DNA of 64,000 bases from Malacoraja senta. Lineage: Eukaryota. The notes beneath the pieces were generated by a model. The model made no database searches. It worked only from the letters and a program-made list of their open reading frames with translations, and was not told where the DNA came from. The stretch covers positions 12,092,001 to 12,156,000 of the forward strand of contig CM075988.1 in NCBI GenBank assembly GCA_038087875.1. Direction: 5' to 3'. Position numbers and translations under genes: made by a program. Position 1 is the stretch's first letter. Every line of letters starts with the position of its first letter. Below are positions 50,175 through 61,903 of the stretch, one piece after another.

Positions 50175-50429
50175 TTAGAATGTAAAAATTAGGAGCAAGA
50201 GTTGAACACCTGATGCTGACAGCCTACTGTGCTATATTTCAAAACATGGCTGACTTTTACCTCAGCTCCATTTTCCTGTGCTCTGTGCATATTCATTATT
50301 CCCTTTAACAGCCAGTCAAAGTTGCCTTTTGGGGAAAATGTAGCAGTTCAAAGCTCAAGTTGCTCTCAGGCAATACCAAGTGAGGAAAAGTGATGCATGA
50401 TTTGTTATACTTTATCAAACTTCAACATG

Positions 50430-50757
50430 AGTGCACAGTCTTTTAATCAGGGTTGGTGAATCAAGTACCAGAGGACAGAGGTTTAAAGTCAGAGGGGAAA
50501 GATAGGAACCTAAGGAGCAACCTTTTCATTCAGAAGGTGGTGGGTGAATGAAATGAGCTCCCCGAGGATATAGTGAGGCAGGTGATATAACAGCATTTAA
50601 AAGACACTTTGACAAGTGCATTTATTATAAATATTTAAAGGGATATGGGTCAACACATGTAAATGGGAGTAACCTATGTGGGGCATCTTGGTTAGCATGG
50701 ACAAATCTGGCTCAAGGCCTGTTTCCATGTAGTATGACCGTTTGACTCTTTGACTCT
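50430..50757 (+). mobile_element. CR1 3' fragment
   Basis: ccagaggacagaggtttaaag...cagaaggtggtgggtgaatg...ggcctgtttccatg. Confidence 0.8.
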
Positions 50758-51175
50758 TTAAAAAAAATAATTCTGTCCAGGAAAAAAAAAGTGATGTTCA
50801 ACTCTACCACAGTCTTGTCTTTGGTCACAATAATTTGATTTGCCATCAAGCTGAACTTATGATTTGAAAACAATTGCTTTGGTTTTGCTAATTTCCTTAG
50901 AGCACTGTCAGATTTTGTGTCTATCTTTAAATTCATCCTGACCTCGGTTAACCACTTATCCAAAGTTTCTTAACTTTTTTTTCAAGATATGGGCATTTAC
51001 TGCCTCTCCCCCTATCCTTTAGAAGATGGTGGTGAGTTGCCACCTTGAACCATCACAGGCCTCCTGGTGAAATGACTCCCAGAAAGCTGTTAAGTAGGGA
51101 GCTCTGGGATTTAGTTCCAATGATGACAAATGATCAGTGATGACTTTCCAAGTCAGGATAGTATGTGAGTTATAA

Positions 51176-51479
51176 AGGGCCTGTCCCACTTGGCGATTTT
51201 TTTCGGTGACTGCCGGCATCATTGACTGACGTATCAGGACACCGAAAAATACGCGGCGTGACGCGGCGTGATGACGTATGATGCAGCGGTGACAACGTAT
51301 AACGCGGCGTGATGACGTATGACGCGGCGGTGACAACGTATAACGCGGCGAGATGACGTATGACGAGGCGGTGTTTTTTCAAGTGTCGTGACTTTTTTTT
51401 GTAGCCGCTGGATTTTGAAATGTTCAAAATCTTTTGGTGACACTGATATGACGCCGGCAAAATCGCTGTGGGACGGCAT
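51176..51479 (-). mobile_element. PIF/Harbinger-type MITE copy with expanded internal minisatellite
   Basis: TAA|AGGGCCTGTCCCACTT. Interior is the reverse complement of copies 1 and 2. Right TIR is degenerate (gtgggacggcat). Tandem 20/21-bp units at about 51250-51372. Confidence 0.85.
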
Positions 51480-51514
51480 TCAAGGGGAATATGTTGATGA
51501 TGCATCAGAGTACC

Positions 51515-51765
51515 TCAAGGAAGTAGAGTTATAGAGCACAGAAACAGGTGCTTTGGCCCTATTTGCCCATGCCGACCAAGATGTCCCATCTGCACTGGAC
51601 CAACCTGCTCGCATTTGGCCCATATCTGTACACCTTTCCTATCCATGGAGCTGTCCAAATGTCTTTTAAATGCTGTTAAAGTATCTGCCAAAACATCTGT
51701 CAGCCAAAAACCCACCACCTTCTGTGTGAAAAAATATAAATGTTTCTTTTCCATGTACCTGTCCA
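51515..51765 (-). mobile_element. CR1 3' fragment
   Basis: Minus frame FFTQKVVG.W...AFKRHLDSSMDRKG, followed by a CR1 tail. Confidence 0.8.
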
Positions 51766-52782
51766 GTCAAGTAACTGCAGTATAATTCCCCTATACCTAG
51801 TGGAAAGGGAAATATCTTCACAAGATGCACCCAATCAAGCCCTGCTAAATCTTACATGTTAAATTTGCATCACCCTCGTCCTTTCAAAATGTTGGTTTAT
51901 TTACTTACTTTATAGTCAGCTGTTTCACAAGTCTGGTAAACCTCCATTGCATTACCCACAAAAAGGTCTGTCCTTATTGAGCTTGGGTAGATGAAAACTG
52001 TAATGAGTACTCTTGAAAGCTCACGACAGTTGTAGCAATGCTAACCTAAGCTCACACTGCAAACCCTTGAAAAACATAAGCATTGTGCCAATTTGCTTTC
52101 CTAATTGCTTTCTATCCTGGCTTGTAAAAAAGTAGATGAAAATAACACCACAAAAAGTTGTTCAATTAGCAGTGGAAACCGACTTTAATGACGCTTATTT
52201 ATAATGTCTCTTTCAATGGCCCTTCTGTCGTGCTTACGCCACAAGTCTATTACCTTTCAGTGAAAATATTTTGCTTGAATTCCTGGTGAGCATGTAAATT
52301 ACTTCACACTGCGTGAAAGAAGCAAATCAAGGCTGTGAAATGGGCAGCTTGGAAGGAAAAGCTGAAATTAGAAATGTAATAGAAATTAAACAGGATGGTA
52401 AATTAACAGAAGCAAGGGGACAGCGAGAAGTGAAACGTAGGAAGGCAACAAATTACCTGACTGGGATCATAAAAAATAAAGACGGGAAATGGAACTGCAC
52501 ATTCAACTGGAAGGATGTAACGAGCTGGCCGGGCTGAAAGCGATACCAGGAGAAATCATTGTTTCATTACAGAAAACGTACAAAATTGGGAAGAAGATGC
52601 TTCAGATGTCAGTTTCCTATTCCCAATAGATTACAAAAAGTGATGTTTTCATCAATGGAAGTCTTGAATGAGGTGACATTTTCCCAATTTGGTTTTTAAT
52701 GGTGTATTCCAGAGTGGTGAGGTGCCTGATACCCCTGAGGCTGATTTGGTATTAAAATTAAAGTTAGTGAATAACACATAAG

Positions 52783-53050
52783 GGCGGAACAGTGGTGGAG
52801 CTGGTAGAGATGCTGCCTCGGTGCCAGAGACCTAGGTTCAACCTGGATTTGGGTGTTGGCTGTGTGCAGTATGCATGTTCTCCCTGTGAGTGCGCTGCTT
52901 TCCTCCCGGTGCTCTGGCTTCCTCCCATATCCCAAAGACGTGTGGATTTGCCAGTCTTTGGCCTCTGAAACTTGGCCCTCATACGTGGGGAGTGGATGGG
53001 AAAGTGGCATAACATAGAACTAGTATGAATGTTTTCACACTGTATCTCTT
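52783..53050 (+). mobile_element. HE1-like SINE (diverged)
   Basis: ggcggaacagtggtggagctggtagagatgctgcctc...ggttcaacc...tgttctccctgtga. Confidence 0.75.
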
Positions 53051-53399
53051 AGTTAGTACTAAGTGTGCTTGAATAATAGTTCCTTCATGTGCATTTTGAG
53101 GTTTGCTTCAAACATAAATTTGATTAAAAATTAAAAAAAAAAACATATATTGAACCCATTCCTCTAAATTCTCAACTTTATTTCTGAAATGAATCCATTA
53201 TAGAGCTGCCATTGTAACAGTTGAACCCCCTCCCCCTCCCCCCCTCCCAGACCACAATTATCACCTCAGCAGCTCTGTTTTGCAGAGCAGGACAAGCAGC
53301 ATGTGTGATCAAAATTGGTGGCAAAATTCTCAAGCTTGATATAAGCAATGCCGGATTTAGATGAAAAGAGGCCCTTGGCTATTCCACTTGTGAGGCCCC

Positions 53400-53640
53400 T
53401 CCCAATCCCCCACCCCCACGACTGGAGGAAGATAGATGAGTCCACCAGATTGACTCGTGTGCAGCCGAGCGTGGCCAATGAGATAAGGGGCTGGAAAGCT
53501 GCGCTTTTATTTATTTATTTATTGCCAGTGCTAGTGTCGAGTTATCGGCTTAAAACACTATTATTCTGAAATGGAGGGCAAGGAAAATTACTGAAGTATT
53601 GTTTAGAGACTACAGTGCATTGTGACAGCATATGTAAGAA
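53400..53640 (+). promoter_or_regulatory. Candidate GATA/CCAAT/CACCC regulatory cluster with downstream splice donor
   Basis: CCAAT 53402, CCCCACCCC 53408, AGATAG 53430, CCAAT 53475, AGATAA 53481 and GTAAG 53634, in apparently non-repetitive sequence. Motif evidence only. Confidence 0.3.
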
Positions 53641-54254
53641 AGGCCTATGACAGTGTCAAAAGTATTATACACCAGGCCTGTACAAATCTTTTCAAAAAGG
53701 GTGGTGGCATGGCGGGATTACAAAAAAATTATGTGAAATAAGTGCACGCAGCGCATATCACAAGCGCAAAGTTTTGGAGCATTTTTGCACCAAATTTATG
53801 ACCAATATTTCAGAAATAATTTTAGTTGAGTCAAGAGGAATGAGTGGGTGGAATGGGATGATTGGGGTCATTGTTGTATACATTTTTTTAAATCAAGAAT
53901 TGAAGTTGCCCTTGTTTTAATAATCAAGTTGTACTGTAAAATGTTATGTAAAATGTTATAAAGAAGCATGCAAACATTGCAAATAAAATACTGTACGTTT
54001 TTGCAGTAAATAAAACCTTTTTTAGAAAATGTGTGTGTTGATTTGATTGCCTGTTACTGCTCGACTGTATTAGTATGTGCACATTAAAAATGTGATGCAA
54101 AATGAAAGTCGCAAACTATGGAATTCATATTTTTCAGTATTGTTATTAAGGAAAAGAAAGCAGTTCCAATTGTTTGATATTATTCATATGGAGGAGAAAA
54201 TATAATTGCTCTAAAACCTACCTTAATTTTGCAATCTCACTAAAGATAATCCCG

Positions 54255-54486
54255 CTTTCCCTCTCCCCCTCCTCCTTCCCCCTCCCTCTCCCTCCACCTC
54301 TCTCTCCCCCATCCCCCCTCCCCCTTCCCCTCTCTCTCTCCCCCTCCCCTCTCTCCCCCCTCTCTCCCCCCTCTGTCTCTCCCTCCCCCTCTCACATCCT
54401 CCCCTCTCGCCCCCTCCCTCTCCCTCCCACGCAGCGAGGCTCCGACTCCGCGCCACAGGCACCGCAGCTCCGCCCCCCCCCCCCCC
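54255..54486 (+). repeat. Polypyrimidine (C/T) low-complexity tract and C-run
   Basis: About 170 bp of almost pure ccctct/ccccct, plus a long C-run starting at 54473, next to CpG-rich 54425-54750. Confidence 0.9.
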
Positions 54487-56443
54487 GGCCCGGAGAAACG
54501 GGCAATCTCGCAACGCAATATTCCACTACTTACCTAGAGTAGACATGAGGCATTGAGGTGATTGTGTGGAGTGCAAATGGAGATCTGAACCCGCCCGGGC
54601 CCACTGCGCGGAGAGACAGCATCATTTTGCGTCGTTACTGCATCACCAGCTTCCCCCAACTGCGCAGGCGTGGATGGTCGCAATTTTTTTCCCCAAAACT
54701 TACAATGGGCCGGAACCAGAATTTCGGGTAATTTCCGTCAAAGTGGAAACGATGGATTGGGATAGTTTTAAAATCCTTCTCCCCACTACCACCCAGCAAC
54801 TTTGCCTCTTCCTCACAAAGCCCTACTACCATTCTCTGCTATTGTTCATTCTCAGTGTTAATTACTCCACAGAAGTTGTTTTCAACTACCTGGATCATGG
54901 TTTTGCAACATCTCCAGAAGACCCTTCAACCATTTCTCTTCTGCTTTAAATCTGCCTCTTCAACAATTTTTTTGGATTATTGTTTGACCCTCAATGGCTC
55001 CGTTTCAGATATTGTTGATAATGCTTTAAATGAAGCAGCTTGAAATATTTTGCTGCATTAATGGCACAGTATAGATGCAACTTACTTTGAGTAATAGCAG
55101 AAGAAACAAAGGATATAAATTGATCAAATTTACCCAGGACAGCTTCCAAAAGTGATATGTCTTAAAGCCAATAAAGAAAAACATTTCCACTTGATTTAGT
55201 TAAGGGAAATGAACCAGAAATTGAAAACTGATGGCATGAGAGCATCTTGACGAAATTGAATGCAATAAATTGAATTTATTATCAAATTTAAAAGGGAAAA
55301 AGTCAGCTAACAAATCAAGTTTTTGGAGTTAGACCAAGGCTAAGCTTGAAGGGAAAAGGAATTAGTTGAATACAATGCATGAGGAATTGACCTGACGTTA
55401 AAACAAATTCAGAAGGTAATTGGTAGCTTGGACGATCGTAACATATCTACATTTTAAATGCTAATGAGGAATTTGTAATGAAATAACTAGAGATTCAGAA
55501 TAAACTTGTACGGATATTGGTAAGGGGACAAAATAATATCTGGAAGAACATGAGAAAGGAAAGTGCCTAAGAAGTAAAAAGGCAACTGAACAAGAGAGTG
55601 GGGAATAGTGCCAATGCAGAGGTTAATAGTGAGGCCAGGGTTGCTGTGGTGATAAGGTATTGATTAAGTTATTTGATTGATACATAAATGAGGATGTTAG
55701 AGAGGGGACGAGGCCAAAATTGCCATCGTTAACCTATCAGAGAGATTTCCTTTCTTTTATCCATCACAGACTCGCCTTCTCTGCCACGTAAAACAATCTG
55801 TTTTTCTTTCTTTCTCAATGCTGATGAAATCTCAGTTTGATTTTCAATGTTAACTTTGTTTCTCTTTCCACATATACTACATGACCTGAATACATTTATT
55901 TGTTTCAGATTTTCAGCATCTGCAGTGTTTGGTTCACTGTTTTTAATTGACCAAGTGCAGCTGTATGGATAAGAAAGGTTTAGAGGCATATTGGCCCAAA
56001 TGCAGGCAAATGGAACTAGCTGAAATGGGGTATCCTAGTCAGTGTTAGGTTAAAGGGACTGGTTCCGTAGAGATAAAGAACTGCAGGTGCCGATTCATAC
56101 TCGAAAGGACACTAAGTGCTGGAGTAACTCAACAGGTCAGGCAGCACCTCTAAGTTTAACTCAAGAGGGAGTTAGATATAGCTATTAGGGCTAACAGAAT
56201 CAAGGGATGTGGGGAGAAAGCAGGAACAGGGTACTGATTCTGGATGATCAGCCATGATCATATTGAATGGCAGTGCTGGCTCGAAAGGCCGAATGACCTA
56301 CTCCTGTACCTATTTTCTATGTTTCTAAGTGCTCTGTGTTCATTTTCATTTGGTGGCCTGAGAAAGATTGCAATATTTCTGGTGCAGCATGCCAAAGTCC
56401 TGTATCAAACGTGGTTATGTTTTTCCAAAGGTTTTAGAATAAC

Positions 56444-56668
56444 TGAAGATACACACAAAATGTTGGAGTAACTCAGCGGGACAGGCAGCATCTCTGGGGA
56501 GAAGGAATGGGTGACGTTTCAGGTCGAGACCTTCAGACTGAAGAAGGGGTATCGATCCGAAAAGTCATCAGTCTGAAGAAGGGTCTCGACCTGAAACGTC
56601 ACCCATTCCTTCTCTCCAGAGATGCTGCCTGGCCCGCTGAGTTACTCCAGCATTTTGTGTCTACCACA
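56444..56668. mobile_element. Inverted-arm PLE derivative with tandem hammerhead-like motifs
   Basis: 11-bp TSD tttagaataac (56433-56443 and 56669-56679) and inverted arms of about 80 bp. Plus-strand motifs ctgaagaaggggtatcgatccgaaaagtc (56538) and ctgaagaagggtctcgacctgaaacgtc (56573). Confidence 0.85.
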
Positions 56669-57043
56669 TTTAGAATAACAGATGAGTGTGGATACTTGGC
56701 TATATGATATTTGTCTATATGATAATTGTGTGGATACCTGTTTATACTTGCCCATTTTTCAATAGTTTGGATGACCAAGGGCTTCAATGAACTTTTAACT
56801 TTTAATTCTGAAAGACAAGGTAGCCCAACTGACTGACATATACTTATTTTTATCATTGTACTACATTGGAGGGTAGAATATTAAATATTATAAATGCATC
56901 AAAAAATACGTTGTAATTAATTGGCATAAAAACTGGAACCTAGTTTACAATGGAGTGCAATGGAAATACACCAAGAAATTAAAACTACTTGCTGATGCAG
57001 GAGATACAAAGAATGACAAATGCTGGTTTATAAAAAAATGATT

Positions 57044-57255
57044 GTACGTTCTCCCTGCGTGGGTTTTCTCTGAGATCTTCGGTTTCCTCCCACACTCCAA
57101 AGACGTACAAGTATGTAGGCAGATTGGCTTGTTAAATGTAAAATTGTCCCTTGTGTGTGTGTGTGAGAGTGTTCGTGTGTGGAGATCACTGGTCAGCACA
57201 GACCCGGTGGGCCGAAGGGCCTGTTTCCGTGCTGGTTCTCTAAACTAAACTAAAC
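57044..57255 (+). mobile_element. HE1-like SINE 3' half
   Basis: tgtacgttctccctgcgtggg...gggccgaagggcctgtttccgtgc..(taaac)3. Confidence 0.85.
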
Positions 57256-59174
57256 TGGTGCTGGAGTAACTCTGTAGGTCAAGCAGCATCTATGAACAAC
57301 ATGGATAGGTGATATTTCGGTTCAGGATCCTTCATCAGACTAATTCAACTGCTTGCAGTCTGTCACTGATTTAGAACAATAAAGGGCTTCTTGTCCTGGT
57401 GCATTTCCTGACAAATGGCAAAGTGAGAAGAATAAATGAAATATTAACCAGATAAGCTGTTCAATTGATAATATTTTTATGCTTGACCAATGACTGAACC
57501 AGGCGTTGTAAATAATATATCTCTACCTGAAAAAAAATCAGCATCTTTGTTTGAAAATGTATACATTTTAAACCAAATAACAATTGTTTCACTGGATACA
57601 ATTGGATACTGTGGACATTTTCAGAGTGTGCTTGAAATGGGTCTTCCAGCATATCTTGCAGTGTGAGCTCAGGAAATTATGTGGATATATTGGGAGCTAA
57701 TGTGTTGCAGAAGGAGTGGTATTTGCTGCAGCTCTGACCAAAAACCATGTCCTTAACAAATCATGTCCATTTAAAAAACATTTCTATGATGGGAATTAAA
57801 TAGAACTCGAGACAAGAATTATTGCAAAGTTTCCACATAATGGCAGCGTAATTTCTTCAGTAAAGTGGAGTAAATGGAGGTTAATTATGCAATACAAATT
57901 AGTGCATAAACATGATCCCAGTCACTTATAGTTGTGATTAACAGAAACATCCACCATATCCCCATTCTGGCTCTGAATTATGTTGTCACTGTGTGAAGAG
58001 TTAAAGCAACATTCGTAAAATTCTATGGATAGAGGGTCGAACAGCCGACAACAAGAAAAGTGACCCCAGTAGCAGACAGAGTAGAAGCTGCTTTTTCAAT
58101 CCTGTATTCCCCTTAGGAAGAAAAATGCAATGCACATGTATCATATTGCTGCTGAGGGGTTATTTTTCCAGTAACATCAGGAAACGCGGGCAAGCAGAGT
58201 GTTAAATAGAGCACACTGATATTTCACAGCGGTGGTGCTGCATTATTTAGGAGTCTGACAAGTATCTTTCATAATGAGGGGAAGCAAGTTTGACTCTCAG
58301 TAAAGTCGTGGTTTGAACTCGGTGGTCCATCGAGATTCTTGACATTTTAGCACCTGGCTTACTGGAAAGGAATGTATCCCTGCTTGCGAGTCTCATTTTT
58401 ACGTTCAGCTGAATAGGCAGCTGCATTGTTACATCTGCTGACAAGGATCTGTCTTTTTTCCACTCTCACCATGGTGACATTTTGTTAGCATCCAGCACTG
58501 TGGTGAAAAAGCTGTTGTTGATTTGGTTCAAATCTGCATGATTTAGAATTGCCTCACGAGGTTCACACTGGCACCACATGTAGCTTTACCATTCGAAATG
58601 TGTTGCTGACTTCACTCTGTAGGTGCTATCAGATATGACACCTCATCGAGGGAGCCATTTGCCTCCACTCTTCCAGCTCCACTTGCTTTATGCACAGAAC
58701 AGAGCTGTGTTATTCACAACACAAAACAGAGCATATGCTGGAAATCTGAAACAAAAGACAAAAGTACTGGATATACTCAGCAGGTCAGGCCAGAGAGAAC
58801 TGGAGTTAACATTTTAGCTCAATAATCTTTCATCATATCTCGAGAGACAAGATTGTTTTATCGTCATATGTCCCAGAAAGAACAATACAATTCTTTCTTG
58901 CAGCAACACAACAGAATATGTAAGCATAGTACCCTGTAAACAATATAATAAAAGAGAAAAACAAGTTATGTGTGTGTGTATTCTAACACTTGTATTTATT
59001 GACTATTCTGTCTCAACCAGTTGTTTGGAATGGGAGGATCTTGTGGCACAGCAGGCAGTCCAATGTCCAGCACACAATGTTAATTCACCCAGAAATGGTC
59101 TGTTTAACGTATAGTAAAAACAGGAGTTACAGCGACATCACCAAAAGCAGCATAATTTCCCCACAAAATTTTAC

Positions 59175-59430
59175 CGCAGTGGTGGAGTTGCTGCCTGTTC
59201 GATCCCGACTATGGGTGCCGTCTGTATGGAGTTTGTACATTCTCCCCGTGATCTGCATGGGTTTTCTCCGAGATCTTCGGTTTCCTCCCACACTCCAAAG
59301 ATATCCAGGTTTGTAGGTAAATTGGCTTGGTAAATGTAAAAATTGTCCCTAGTGTGTGTGGGATCACTGGTCGGCGTGGACTCGATGGGCCGAAGGGCCT
59401 GTTTCCGTGCTGTATCTCTAAAGTAAACTA
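59175..59430 (+). mobile_element. HE1-like SINE
   Basis: gcagtggtggagttgctgcc..gttcgatccc..gggccgaagggcctgtttccgtgctgtatctctaaa. Confidence 0.85.
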
Positions 59431-59959
59431 AAATGGCAGAGAATGGAAGATGGCAATAGAACCTGGGTGCATAATTCATCCTTTGTCACTGAGCAATGTG
59501 ATCACCAAAATTAACTGATGGAGGATTGCCCAGCCATCTCCTTCATGGTTGGCGATGATGGTTTCATTGATTGTGGACTTTGCAGAAGGTGCTGTGTACC
59601 TTTTTGAGAAAGTTGCTTCAGACATTCGATCTTTTAAAACACATTGGATCAGATTACTCCCATTCCCAATTGCTGGTCCCCTAATTGCACTGGCTTCCGA
59701 CTCGTAAGCCTATTCAACGCAATTGCTGAGTAGATTATGCATTGGAGGTCGGATATGGTTGGTTAAGATTTTGCAAGAAATCACAGGAAAATAATGGAGA
59801 AATTACCATTGGTGAAATTATTCCTGACGTGGTCTGTGATGCCAACACTTTGGAGTCTATGCATTGTTGCAGTGCTGATACACGTTCAGCAAATGCTCAG
59901 TGAGGTGGTTAGCAACAGTAGGATGAAATACCAACAAGTAGGAAAGGCTTTTTATTTCC

Positions 59960-60490
59960 TACTCTAGGTTATAGGAAAGATATTGTAGTTGCAGGAAACA
60001 TGCTGTTGTTATAGGGAAGATGTTTTCAAGCTGAAAAGGGTACGGAGAAGATTTACGAGGATATTGCCAGGACTAGAGGGTCTGAGTTATAGGGAGAGGT
60101 TGAATAGGCTGGGATTCTATTCCCTGGAATGCAAGCGGATAAGGGGTGATCTTATAGAGGTGTATACAATCATGAGAGGAATAGATTGGGTAGATGCACA
60201 GAGTATTTTGCCCTGAGTAGGTGAATTGAGGACTAGAGGACATAGGTTTAAGGTGAAGGGGAAAACATTAATAGGAATCTGAGGGGTAACCTTTTCACAC
60301 AAAGGGTGGTGGGTGTATAAAACAAGCTGCCAGAGGTAGTTGAGGCTTGGACTATGCCAATGTTTAAGAAACAGTTAGACAGGTACATGGATAGGACAGG
60401 TTTGGAGTGATATGGCCCAAACACAGGCAGGTGGGACTAGTGTAGCTGGGACATGTTGGCTGGTGTGGGCAAGTTGGACCGAAGGGCCTT
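59960..60490 (+). mobile_element. CR1 LINE 3' fragment (well preserved)
   Basis: ORF 59989-60216: YREDVFKLKRVRRRFTRILPGLEGLSYRERLNRLGFYSLECKRIRGDLIEVYTIMRGID. Confidence 0.9.
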
Positions 60491-61022
60491 ATAATGGCAG
60501 ACTTTACGACGTTCTCAAAGTCCAACTTGGATAGCCATTACTGCTCGGGGATGGTTAGGAGGTATATTTTATGCACTCACGACACACTTAAGATAGTAAA
60601 AACGAATCTTCCAAATGTTGTTTCTTGATGAATTGGTCTTTTATTGAAGTAGTACCTGGCAAAGAAATAATTTGTCACTTTCCGTTCTTAATCGCTGTTC
60701 CATTCGTGTCATAAATCATATGAAAGTTTCTTCTTATAAAAGTATGCCGTCTCATTAACCTGTGTATGTCGTGACCATGTTGTGTGTGTGTGGTAAAAAC
60801 CTGTATTCTCACCATCCTTCCAAGACCCAACTGACTCCGAATCTATGAATCTGCACTCCAGAAATAGACACACCCCTTCTATGTATCAAATCCCACCTAC
60901 AAAAGTATAGACAGATAAAATATTAAAAATGTTAGACATGGCTATAATATACTGACTTAAGCTTAATGGCTCCTACAGACGTGTTTCCACACTGTATCAC
61001 TCTATGACTCTATTAGCTGCAT

Positions 61023-61903
61023 CTTAGACTTAGACTTAGACTTAGATTCCTTTATTGTCATTCAGACCTTTCGGTCTGAACGAAATGTTGTTGCCTGCAG
61101 TCATACATATAATAAATAACAAAACACACAATAAACACAAATTAACATCCACCACAGTGAGTTCACCAGGCACCTCCTCACTGTGATGGAGGCAAAAGTC
61201 TTAAAGTCTCTGTCTCTTCCCTCTTTGTTCTCCCTCTGCGCTGAGGCGATCCAGGCTTCTGACGTTGTGACCCCGCCGGGTGATGGTAAGTCAGTCCTGC
61301 GGCTGAATCCGTGCTCCGTCCGCGACGGGCCGGTTCAAACTCCGCGGCCCGGGGTGGCCGAAGCTGCCGAAGCTGCCGCCCTCCAGTCCAGCGGACGCAG
61401 CTGTAGTTGCGGGAGCTCCAGAAAAACAGGTCACCCACCTGCGACCTGCGAGCTCCCGACGATGTCGTCCACCAGGCCCGCGGCCGAGCCTCCGGACTCA
61501 GGACGCCACCAGCGTCCTCGGTCGCCACCGCCGGAATGCCACCGCAGCCCCAAAGTTGGCCAGCCCCGCACTGGCAAGTCCTGGCTCTGCCTCCGGAGCC
61601 TCGAGGTCGGTCGGTTGCAGTTGGAGTTGGAGGCCGGCAGCTCCGCCATTTTGGCCTCAGCGCAGACGGAGGCAGAGAAGGGGGATACGACAAGAACAAG
61701 TCGCATTCCCCCGAAGGAAGAGACAAAAGTCATATTTCACCCCCCCCCACCCCACCCCCACCCCACACGTACACAACCCAATAAACCAAAATTTGACTAA
61801 AACAGGACAAAAGAAAACAACAACAAAAGTAAAAACAGACAGACTGCAGGCGAGCCGCTGCCGTGCAACAGCGCCGCCACTTCCGGAGTGGCGGCGCTGT
61901 TGC
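61023..61903 (-). mobile_element. Young CpG-rich non-autonomous LINE-derived element with (TCTAAG)n tail
   Basis: (CTTAGA)4 followed by ttcctttattgtca (minus-strand AATAAA plus tail). CpG-dense body; minus-strand 5' region has CCGGAAGT (ETS-like) and AAAATGGCGG (YY1-like) motifs. The overlapping ORFs show no recognisable domain. Confidence 0.7.

Noticed and set aside
51245..51375. CRISPR-like periodic array
   Set aside because: Units are adjacent with no unique spacers, sit inside a eukaryotic MITE, and there are no cas genes.
54174..54542. Pro-rich and Gly/Glu/Arg-rich ORFs
   Set aside because: Translation of a polypyrimidine tract.
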